Below the pieces are notes generated by a model. That model was not told where the DNA came from. It worked only from the letters and a program-made list of their open reading frames with translations, and did no database searches. A stretch of 32,042 nucleotides of DNA from Abditibacteriaceae bacterium (GTDB taxonomy: Bacteria; Armatimonadota; Abditibacteriia; Abditibacteriales; Abditibacteriaceae): positions 1 through 32,042 of the forward strand of contig JANMKN010000003.1 in NCBI GenBank assembly GCA_031372065.1. Direction: 5' to 3'. The position numbers and the translations under genes are program-made. This document shows, piece by piece, positions 16,305 through 24,046 of the stretch (its first letter is position 1; each line of letters opens with the position of its first letter).

Positions 16305-19300
16305 ATGAGACCTCTTCTGCTCCTTTTTATTTTGTTTTGTGGCCTTGCCCACGCCGCGCCGCTGCCGGTTATTAACGCCGATTTTGAAGGCGCGGACGGC
16401 AAAATCGCGGGCTGGCAATTATCCGGCGGACAGGGCGCCGCAAAAACCGAAAACAAAATTTCGTTTGCCAGCGTGACGGGCAACGGTGACGATTCGAGTT
16501 TCTGGCGCAGCGGCGCGCTTTCGTGGCAACCAAACGCCGTTTATTGCCTGAAATTCAAGGCGCGCGGCATGAATGCAGCGGGCGGCACGCCGATTACCGG
16601 GCCGGTTTTTACCAACCGCGATTTAGGCGGCATCGGTGAGCCGTGGCGCGATTACACCACTTATTTTCAAACGCCAAGCCAGATAAATCCCGATAGCGCG
16701 TGGCTGCGTTTCGGGCAATGGCACGTCAAAGGTGAAATCGGTTTCGATGGGGTGCAACTGATGACTGCGCAGCCGGTTTACGCGCGTAGCGGCGCCATTG
16801 AAATGGGCGAAGGCGAAACAATTTCTGGCAACGATTATTCGATGCGCGCCCCGCTGGGCGGCGAGAACAACAACACCAGCCGCGCCTTGTTACGGCACAG
16901 TTGCACTTTCAATTCGGATCGCTGGGTTTTTGGCGCGGGCAGCGAAGTGATTTATAAGCACGAAATCGCCGGACGCGCGCAAACCAAAGCGCAAATTGAA
17001 GTAGGCGTGACGTGGTATTCCGGCGGCCAATTGGCGCTCGAAGCCAGCCGCGATGGACAAAATTGGAAGGCGCTCGGCGCACTCGATAAATTATCGGCAG
17101 GCCAATTTGCTGTGCCCGCCGAATTGCTACCCGCGCAGGCCATTTTCATTCGCTTGCGTGCCCAAAGCAAAACCAAAGTCGGCGAGAATTCTGATCCCGG
17201 CTCGTTTCAAGTTGGCAGCTACCGTTTCAATTCGACTTTCGACGGCGCGCCTGTCGAATTGCGCGGCGTCACGCGCTTTTTTGCGATTGAAAAAGAATCG
17301 CCGAATTTGCCGGTCAAAATAATCACGGCGGGCGATGGATTGCCGGGTGGCAATAATGAAATTGACTTCGAGGTTGAGCGCGGCGCACAAAGTCCACAAA
17401 AAGTGAAAATTGGTTTTCCAGAACTGATGTCATTTGGGCTTTCCGAACACAATCTCGTTTTAGGCGCGCAACGCATTCAAGTGCCTTACAATATGTCGCA
17501 TATAGGGCAGCAAACACGTCATCTTTACATAAGCGATGGCAAAGAAACTCTTTTTTCAGCCACCACTTCGTTTTTTGTGCCCGAACTTTATGCCGCAAAT
17601 TATGGCGAAGCGTTGCCGGATTCGTCGGCGCAAAATAATCTTTGGTGGTGCAGTTCCGGCTGGAAAGTGGCGCAAAAGCGGCCCGCGCCGCAAAACAAAA
17701 GCGCGGCGCTGAAAATTGCCCTCGCGCGCAACGAAAGCGAAGCCGCGCAATTCGTTTTGCGCCCGTTGAGCGGACTGAAAAATCTTGCAATTGAAACGTC
17801 GTCTTTAACGGGCGCCAATGGCGCAACGATTGAGAAAACGAATCTCGAAGTTTTGCGCGTTGGCTATGTGAAAGTGGTGCAGTCGACGGATGAAACCGGC
17901 GTAGCGGATTTCTGGCCTGACCCGCTTTTGCCGATAGAAAAACCGCTCCATTTGGCCGCCAATCAAAATCAGCCCTTCTGGGTGCGCGTTTGGGTGCCCA
18001 AAAGCGCAAAAGCGGGCCTGTATAACGGCAAAATCACGCTCAAAGCCGATAATTACAGCGCGATTGTGCCGCTACAAATTACGGTTTGGAATTTTTCGTT
18101 GCCCGACAAAATGACCTGCGAAACGGCCTTTGGTTTTGATCCCGGCAACGTTTATCGCTACCAGAATTTGAAGACGAATGCCGACAAGCGCCGCGTTTTG
18201 GATTTGTATTGGAAAAGTTTCAGCGCGCATCATATTTCGCCTTACGATCCGGCGCCGCTCGACAGCTTCCAAGTGACGTGGCAAGGCGGCAGTTCGTGGC
18301 AAGGCGGGCAAAAAACCGCAGACGCGCACAGCGGCAAATTTGCGCTCTTGGTGAAAGATGAATCCACCGCGCAACAATATGCGGCCAGTTATAGCGCGCG
18401 ATTCCTAATTCCTAAAAGCGGTTTCAAATTATCGTTCTGGCATCGTGCCACTGCCGGTCATGCGTTTCTTGTGACTTTGACGCACGAAGACGAAAACGGC
18501 CAGTGGATGCCGGGCCGCAACAACGATCTGCGCATCGAAGGCACGGGAAACTGGACGAAGTTTGAAAAAGAAATTAAACAATTTTCGCCCGGCTCCAAGC
18601 AAATTTCTGTGACGCTGCGGCCCGCTTTGTGGGCCGAAGATGGCTCGACAACAGGGCAGGTTTTCTTTGACGATGTTTCGCTGCTTGACCTTGAAAACAA
18701 CAAGGAATTGTTGCCCGACGGCGATTTTGAAAAAGCATCAGCCGCGCCGCATCCGCTTTTCGATTGGACAGCGTGGGACAAAGCGATGGAGCGTGCCATC
18801 AACGAATTCGGTTTCACGATATTTCGCCTGGCGCCGCAAGGTTTGGGCAGCGGCACGTTTGCCTCGCGCGATGAGCCGGAATTAGCCGGATTTTCTGAAA
18901 ATACGCCCGAATATCAAGCGGCGCTCAGGGAATATCTGGGAGGCATCGAAGCGCATTTGAAGGCCAAAGGCTGGCTGGAGAAGGCTTTCGTTTATTGGTT
19001 CGATGAACCCGACCCGAAAGATTACGCTTTTGTGATGAATGGCTTCAAAAAGCTCAAAGATTATGCGCCCGGCCTGCGCCGTATGCTGACCGAACAGCCC
19101 GAAAAAGAACTGCTCGGCGGGCCGAATTTGTGGTGTCCGGTCAGCAGCGAATGGAAGGAAAAAGACGCTCAAGCGCGCATGAAAAGCGGCGATAAATTTT
19201 GGTGGTATGTTTGCACCGTGCCCAAAGCGCCTTATGCCACGGAGTTTATAGATCATCCCGGTAGCGAAATGCGCGTCTGGCTCTGGCAAACATGGCAGCG

Positions 19301-19757
19301 CGGCGTCAGCGGCATTTTAGTGTGGGAAAGCAGCTACTGGACAAGCGGCGCGGCCTATCCCGATGCCTTGCAAAATCCGTATGCCGACCCTATGAGTTGG
19401 GTGTCGGGTTATGGCACCAAAACCGGCACCAAAATTGGCTGGGGCAACGGCGACGGGCGCTTTTTCTATCCGCCGGAAAATTACAACAAAACTGCGGCGC
19501 CGATTATCGCCGGGCCGGTAGATTCAATTCGTTGGGAAATGCTGCGCGATGGCATCGAAGATTACGAATATCTGGCGATTTTAAAGCGCGCTTTGCAAAA
19601 TAAAAATCTCGCGCCACAACGCCGTGCCGAGTTGGAAAAACTGCTGGCCGTGCCGGAATCTATCACCAAAGATGCGACAACTTTCACGCGCGACCCGGCA
19701 CCAATCGAAGCCCGCCGCGCCGAAATTGCACAGTCCATCGCGGCGCTGCAAAAGTGA
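16305..19757 (+). CDS. Secreted multi-domain glycoside hydrolase-like protein (GH123-like / DUF4091) with CBM-like domains
   Basis: Signal peptide; INADFE CBM-like N-terminus; LARNESEAAQ, WPDPL, QPFWVRV, YWFDEP, WWYVC, NGDGRFFYPP, SIRWEMLRDGIEDYEYL. Confidence 0.82.
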   Translation: MRPLLLLFILFCGLAHAAPLPVINADFEGADGKIAGWQLSGGQGAAKTENKISFASVTGNGDDSSFWRSGALSWQPNAVYCLKFKARGMNAAGGTPITGPVFTNRDLGGIGEPWRDYTTYFQTPSQINPDSAWLRFGQWHVKGEIGFDGVQLMTAQPVYARSGAIEMGEGETISGNDYSMRAPLGGENNNTSRALLRHSCTFNSDRWVFGAGSEVIYKHEIAGRAQTKAQIEVGVTWYSGGQLALEASRDGQNWKALGALDKLSAGQFAVPAELLPAQAIFIRLRAQSKTKVGENSDPGSFQVGSYRFNSTFDGAPVELRGVTRFFAIEKESPNLPVKIITAGDGLPGGNNEIDFEVERGAQSPQKVKIGFPELMSFGLSEHNLVLGAQRIQVPYNMSHIGQQTRHLYISDGKETLFSATTSFFVPELYAANYGEALPDSSAQNNLWWCSSGWKVAQKRPAPQNKSAALKIALARNESEAAQFVLRPLSGLKNLAIETSSLTGANGATIEKTNLEVLRVGYVKVVQSTDETGVADFWPDPLLPIEKPLHLAANQNQPFWVRVWVPKSAKAGLYNGKITLKADNYSAIVPLQITVWNFSLPDKMTCETAFGFDPGNVYRYQNLKTNADKRRVLDLYWKSFSAHHISPYDPAPLDSFQVTWQGGSSWQGGQKTADAHSGKFALLVKDESTAQQYAASYSARFLIPKSGFKLSFWHRATAGHAFLVTLTHEDENGQWMPGRNNDLRIEGTGNWTKFEKEIKQFSPGSKQISVTLRPALWAEDGSTTGQVFFDDVSLLDLENNKELLPDGDFEKASAAPHPLFDWTAWDKAMERAINEFGFTIFRLAPQGLGSGTFASRDEPELAGFSENTPEYQAALREYLGGIEAHLKAKGWLEKAFVYWFDEPDPKDYAFVMNGFKKLKDYAPGLRRMLTEQPEKELLGGPNLWCPVSSEWKEKDAQARMKSGDKFWWYVCTVPKAPYATEFIDHPGSEMRVWLWQTWQRGVSGILVWESSYWTSGAAYPDALQNPYADPMSWVSGYGTKTGTKIGWGNGDGRFFYPPENYNKTAAPIIAGPVDSIRWEMLRDGIEDYEYLAILKRALQNKNLAPQRRAELEKLLAVPESITKDATTFTRDPAPIEARRAEIAQSIAALQK

Positions 19758-19771
19758 AACGAATTGTGCAA

Positions 19772-20125
19772 TCACCGCTTCTTTTTCAAAGCCACCGCGC
19801 CCCAGATGAACAAGGCGGCAACGCCAAGCAGCACAAGGCCAATAAGTCCAAGACTAACTGTATCTGAGGGTGAAGCGCCCAGTCCGCCAGCACTTGCAAC
19901 CAACATAAAACAAGCGCCTGCCGCGCCGAAAATCAAGGCCAAGCCGACCAAAATAATCAGCCCGATAATACGCAAGGCGATGGTGATGCCAGAGCCTTGC
20001 GTGGGCAAAGGCGCGCCGCAATGCGGGCAAAACGTCGCATTAGTCTGCAAATCTTTGCCGCAGTTGAAACATTGCTTGCCACCAGAGGGGGGAAGGGGTG
20101 GCAGAGGTTCGGGAGTGTTTTTCAT
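19772..20125 (-). CDS. Zinc-ribbon + 2-TM membrane protein with internal lipobox-like GAAGAC
   Basis: CFNCG...FCPHCGAPL; two hydrophobic helices; basic C-terminus KKKR. Confidence 0.8.
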   Translation of the reverse strand: MKNTPEPLPPLPPSGGKQCFNCGKDLQTNATFCPHCGAPLPTQGSGITIALRIIGLIILVGLALIFGAAGACFMLVASAGGLGASPSDTVSLGLIGLVLLGVAALFIWGAVALKKKR

Positions 20126-20137
20126 GGTATCTTGAGG

Positions 20138-20503
20138 TTATTTGCGCCACTTTCTTATTGCAATAGCTCCCCAAATGCACAATGCTGTGCAACTGAGTAA
20201 GGCAAGGCCGATTAAGCCATAGCCGAGTGGAGTCACATTGGGATTACCGCCCAAGTCTGGCGACACTCCGCCTATACCTGCAACTACCATACAACAGGCA
20301 CCGGCGGCACCGAGCACCAATGCCAGACCAATCAAAATCATAATGCCAATGATGCGCAGTGCGATAGTTACACCAGAGCCTTGCGTTGGCAAAGGCGCAC
20401 CGCAGTGCGGGCAAAAGGTGACATGAGTTCCCAAGTCTTCGCCGCAGTTGAAACATTGCTTATTATCTGGTGCAGGTTGCGTTTCCTGTGATGTTGATTT
20501 CAT
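20138..20503 (-). CDS. Zinc-ribbon + 2-TM membrane protein (paralog) with GAAGACC
   Basis: Likely start MKSTSQET at 20503 (RBS AAGGA; ATGA overlap with the upstream stop); closely similar to 19772-20125 in protein and DNA. Confidence 0.8.
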   Translation of the reverse strand: MKSTSQETQPAPDNKQCFNCGEDLGTHVTFCPHCGAPLPTQGSGVTIALRIIGIMILIGLALVLGAAGACCMVVAGIGGVSPDLGGNPNVTPLGYGLIGLALLSCTALCIWGAIAIRKWRK

Positions 20504-20844
20504 CGTGTATTCCTTCTCGAACGACGAAAACGCAAAAATTGACCGACTATCCAGAGAAGTAAAACCGCTAATGCTACAATTGGATGCTCGAATAGAAAAC
20601 GAAAGGCCCACCACGCTCCGCCGCCTAAAGCCACAAGACAGGTGCCTATCGCGCCGATAAAAATGGCTATGCCTGCCATTGCGGACAAATTTGCACGCTT
20701 TTTGGACTTCTTTATTGCAGAATCTTCTCGCAAAGCGGTGCCACAATGCGGGCAAAATGCCACGTTTGCTTGCACTTCCTTGCCGCAATGAGGGCAGAGG
20801 ATAGTTGTGGATTTAGTAATTTGGTCAGCACAAACCTCGCTCAT
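20500..20844 (-). CDS. Zinc-ribbon + TM membrane protein with GAIGTC
   Basis: CPHCG...FCPHCG; RBS GGAG inside the end of the lgt-like gene; hydrophobic helices; Arg-rich C-terminus. Confidence 0.75.
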   Translation of the reverse strand: MSEVCADQITKSTTILCPHCGKEVQANVAFCPHCGTALREDSAIKKSKKRANLSAMAGIAIFIGAIGTCLVALGGGAWWAFRFLFEHPIVALAVLLLWIVGQFLRFRRSRRNTR

Positions 20845-20848
20845 GTGG

Positions 20849-21535
20849 TTATATCTCCGAAAGCTGTTTGACGGTGCGGCGCGTCCACAGCCACCACAGC
20901 GCGGCGCTGATTAAAATTTCTACGCAAACCCATTGTGCCAGCGACAGGCCGCCAAACAAAGCCGAACTATCGCGGAAAAACTCCAAAACAAAGCGCCCGA
21001 CAGCAAAAAGCAGCAGCCACGCGCGAAATAAATCGCCTTCGCGCGAAAGTTTTGGGCGAAGAATTAATAGTGCCACGAAAATGGAAGCCGAAATCAGTGC
21101 CGCGTAAATCTGCGCCGGATGCCGCCATGCGCCCTGTTGATAAATCGCCCACGGCATCTGGCAAATTTTTCCATAGCAGCAGCCGTTAAAATAGCAACCA
21201 AAACGTCCGACAGCTTCTCCGGCGGGCAAGGCCAGCGCCCACAAGTCGCCCGTTGAACGCGTGATGCTCAGTCGTTTTTTGCACAATTCGACGGCCAGCC
21301 AGCCGCCGATTAAGCCGCCCATTAAGGCTTTGCCATTAGCGCCTGCAAAATTCAAATTCGCGCCCGGTGTGGAAAGCAAGGCGCCAATGCGCGCGCCGAT
21401 AACGCCGCCACATAAACCGGCAATCGCAATGTAGCCGATGCCTTCCGTCGCCAGCTTTTTGCCGCGCGCCGCCAAATAAAACACAACCGCGCCGACAATA
21501 AAACCGAGCAAAGTAAAAAGTTCGCCTATTTTCAT
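20849..21535 (-). CDS. Prolipoprotein diacylglyceryl transferase (Lgt) family protein, non-canonical paralog
   Basis: GGVIGARI, GEAVGRFGCYFNGCCYG, RHPAQIY, RFVLEFFR, LSLAQW; polytopic hydrophobic profile; short (228 aa). Confidence 0.88.
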   Translation of the reverse strand: MKIGELFTLLGFIVGAVVFYLAARGKKLATEGIGYIAIAGLCGGVIGARIGALLSTPGANLNFAGANGKALMGGLIGGWLAVELCKKRLSITRSTGDLWALALPAGEAVGRFGCYFNGCCYGKICQMPWAIYQQGAWRHPAQIYAALISASIFVALLILRPKLSREGDLFRAWLLLFAVGRFVLEFFRDSSALFGGLSLAQWVCVEILISAALWWLWTRRTVKQLSEI

Positions 21536-21538
21536 GGT

Positions 21539-21799
21539 TTAAAATGGAAGACAGAGCCTTGGCGATACAGAAAGGGCAGGATTAAAACGATTCCGCGAGT
21601 TTTGCAGCCTGTTGAGCGTCGCAAAACATATCTCGTGCCCGCGAAAACGATGCTCCGGCTCGCGAAAACGATGCTCCGGCTCACGAAATCGATGCTCCGG
21701 TTCAAGAAATGACTGCTCCGGCCCGCGAAATGGATGCTCCGGCTCAAGAAATGATGTCTCCGCGCCGAGAAACGATGTCTCCGACTGCCGCAAACGCAT
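21539..21799 (-). CDS. Possible 86-aa heptad-repeat peptide (EPEHRFR)n
   Basis: ATG 6 nt after the radical SAM stop and stop 3 nt before the lgt-like start, so it fills the gap exactly; it could also be an artefact of the stop-free 21-bp repeat. Confidence 0.3.
   Translation of the reverse strand: MRLRQSETSFLGAETSFLEPEHPFRGPEQSFLEPEHRFREPEHRFREPEHRFRGHEICFATLNRLQNSRNRFNPALSVSPRLCLPF
21638..21784. repeat. Tandem repeat, about 7 x 21 bp (consensus CYCGCGAAAWCGATGCTCCGG)
   Basis: Units start at 21638, 21659, 21680, 21701, 21722, 21743 and 21764 and degenerate toward the right; no spacers. Confidence 0.92.
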
Positions 21800-21805
21800 C
21801 TTTGT

Positions 21806-23371
21806 CTATTTTGCCGTCAACGCAATCGTCGCCGGAAAATCTTGCGCGTCATCAAAAAGATAGCGCCAGCAGAACGAATAACGGCGCGGGTCGCTTTCGA
21901 AAGTGCCACTATGCACGCAGCATTGGCGAAGGCGGGCTTCGTGCAAAGTGTGGCTGTCCATGAACATTTTTATCGTCACGCGAAAGGTGCGTTCGGCGGC
22001 TTTGTTGAGGTCGTCGGCGGATAATTCGCCGCGTGGATACAGCAAATTCATCAAGTCGGAGAGTTCGCCCATGCAGCCGCAAAGTTTGGCTAAATCGCGC
22101 GCCAGTTGCGGCGCACCCAGCGGCAGTTGCTCGGAGAAAACGCGCGCTAAAGCGCCGGAAGACAGCATTCCTTTGACGGCGTCCGAGGCGCTTTCAAACG
22201 AAATGGTGTTGGACACCAAATGCAGCCATTTTTTCAGTTCGTCGCGCCCGATAAGTTGCGGCAGCGATTTCCAGCCGCGCCGCGTTTTGAGAAAATACGA
22301 AATATCACAGCAATCGCGGTGCGAGCAGGGCAGGGGAATGAAATCATTCGGCCCGGCCAAACCTTTGCTTTGCGCTTGTAAGCGGCGTTGCACGCCGGTG
22401 GGTGTGAGGCGGCTCTGCGGGTCGAAATGCGGCGCGCGGCCCGAACCGAACATCGGCTGAATCGCTAATCCTGTGCAGCGTTTTGTATCCAAACCGAGTT
22501 GCAAAACCGCGCCGATTTCGTCGTCGTTGACGCCTTGCGCGGCAGTCATGACCAGCGTTGTCCAAATTTCGGCTTCGCTTAAACGGCGCAGCGCTTGGAG
22601 TTTTTCTTCGGCGACATTTTCGCCGCGCAAAGTTTGATAAGTTGACGGCTTAAAGCCATCGAATTGCAAATAGACTTCGAGTCGCTCGCGCTGGCTTTGC
22701 AAGAACTCCAAAAATTTATCGTCGCGCGCGATGCGGCGCCCGTTGGTGTTCAGCAAAATGCGCGTGATGGGCAAATCGCTGAGAGCTTCAATCAGTTGCG
22801 GTAAATCTTCGCGCACCGTTGGTTCGCCGCCAGAGAGCATTAAAACGCCGAGTTTGTCGTTTTCGCGCGCTAAAATCGTTTCGACAGTGTGGCGAATTTC
22901 ATTTATCGTCGGATATTCCGGCTTTGGCGAGGGTGTTCCCGGCTTGAGCGCGCCCGCGTAGCAAGCCGGGCACGCATAATTGCAGCGCTGCGTGACATTG
23001 AGCAATAAAATGCAAGTGTGCTGGCCGTGCGAGGCGGGCAGGCCGTTTTGATAGCCGTGCGGAAACGCACCGAAATTATCGGCGCGGTCGGGCGTGATTT
23101 GCAAAGTCGGCGCGCTCCAGCCGTTGCGGTTGCGCCAGATTTCGGCGTCTTCCTCGTAAAGCGATTCGCTTTCGCCATGCAGCGCGCAAAAACGGCGCAT
23201 CCAAATTTTGCCGCCCTTTGAAATCAGCATTCCATCGCGCCACACATCTTCATCGCTGCGGCGCGGCGTCTCGAAACATTGCGGGCAAACGGTCGTGGTG
23301 TATTCTTCAATGAGATAATCGCGCGGCGGCAAGCCGGAAGTCGGCAAGCCGCGCGGTTTTGAATCCGTCAT
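21806..23371 (-). CDS. Radical SAM enzyme of the tetraether lipid synthase (Tes/GDGT-MAS, MJ0619)-like family
   Basis: N-terminal T-x-x-x-CPQC...CALHG metal site; CNYACPAC radical SAM motif; SGGEPT, NTNG, VYLQFDG, GVNDDEIG; C-terminal PCSHRDC, FMD, RQCCVH, YSFC. Confidence 0.85.
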   Translation of the reverse strand: MTDSKPRGLPTSGLPPRDYLIEEYTTTVCPQCFETPRRSDEDVWRDGMLISKGGKIWMRRFCALHGESESLYEEDAEIWRNRNGWSAPTLQITPDRADNFGAFPHGYQNGLPASHGQHTCILLLNVTQRCNYACPACYAGALKPGTPSPKPEYPTINEIRHTVETILARENDKLGVLMLSGGEPTVREDLPQLIEALSDLPITRILLNTNGRRIARDDKFLEFLQSQRERLEVYLQFDGFKPSTYQTLRGENVAEEKLQALRRLSEAEIWTTLVMTAAQGVNDDEIGAVLQLGLDTKRCTGLAIQPMFGSGRAPHFDPQSRLTPTGVQRRLQAQSKGLAGPNDFIPLPCSHRDCCDISYFLKTRRGWKSLPQLIGRDELKKWLHLVSNTISFESASDAVKGMLSSGALARVFSEQLPLGAPQLARDLAKLCGCMGELSDLMNLLYPRGELSADDLNKAAERTFRVTIKMFMDSHTLHEARLRQCCVHSGTFESDPRRYSFCWRYLFDDAQDFPATIALTAK

Positions 23372-23413
23372 GCCTTAATTTTAAGATATTAAACTGCTTC
23401 GCGTTGAAGGTTT

Positions 23414-23965
23414 ATGAAGAAGTATCGCGTTTGGATTTTGCTATCGCTTTTCATTTTGGCAAGCGCCTCGCTTTGGTTTTACTGGCCGCGCGGCGGAATT
23501 TTGCGCTGGCCGCCAACTCCTACGCGTGTGCGCTTAACGCGGCCTTATGGCATGGCGCCGCAAGCGTTTGAGGCGTTCATTCGCGCTTGTAGCAAGTCCA
23601 AAATTCATCCATATCGCATCGGGCAAACGATTGGCGAGCATCCGTTGTCGGTTGGCTATCACAAAAAAGATGGCATCACCAAGTGGAAAGGCGATTCGTT
23701 TGAATATTGTGCTGCTGTGGATTTGGGCACCAGCGATTTGAACGATTATCAGATCAAAAACTTTCTCGAATCGCTGGCTCAGCAAGGTTTTGCGGCGTTT
23801 TACCGGCACGAAGGCCATTGGAAGGGACACGAGCATATTCACGCGATTTATGGGCTTTTGCCGATGAAATCGCAGTTGCGCGGCCAAGTGAAGCAGTTTT
23901 TGCGCGAACGGCGCGCAACGCGCCAGAAACCACTCAAATGGGCGCGCCGATTCAAAAACTTATGA
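23414..23965 (+). CDS. Membrane-anchored hypothetical protein, putative LAS/M15-type Zn peptidase
   Basis: N-terminal TM; S-x-G-Y-H...AVDL...GFAAFYR...EHIHA gives the H...D...HxH ligand order. Confidence 0.55.
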   Translation: MKKYRVWILLSLFILASASLWFYWPRGGILRWPPTPTRVRLTRPYGMAPQAFEAFIRACSKSKIHPYRIGQTIGEHPLSVGYHKKDGITKWKGDSFEYCAAVDLGTSDLNDYQIKNFLESLAQQGFAAFYRHEGHWKGHEHIHAIYGLLPMKSQLRGQVKQFLRERRATRQKPLKWARRFKNL

Positions 23966-24046
23966 ACGGCACCCAATTGGCAGCGTATAGCTTACAGTCA
24001 AGCGCCGTTGAAAAGCGGCGCGCACTGAGAAGTTCAAAGGAGAAAC

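Noticed and set aside
20504..20788. N-terminal extension of the 216-aa ORF 20138..20788
   Set aside because: It overlaps the real 20500-20844 gene in another frame; an RBS and ATGA coupling support the start at 20503.
21638..21784. CRISPR array
   Set aside because: Head-to-tail 21-bp units with no unique spacers.
21806..23371. MoaA or SPASM-type RiPP maturase call for the radical SAM gene
   Set aside because: It lacks the MoaA C-terminal GG and CxxC-x13-C motif and the SPASM Cys pattern; the N-terminal CxxC...CxxH and CCVH motifs fit the Tes-like family.
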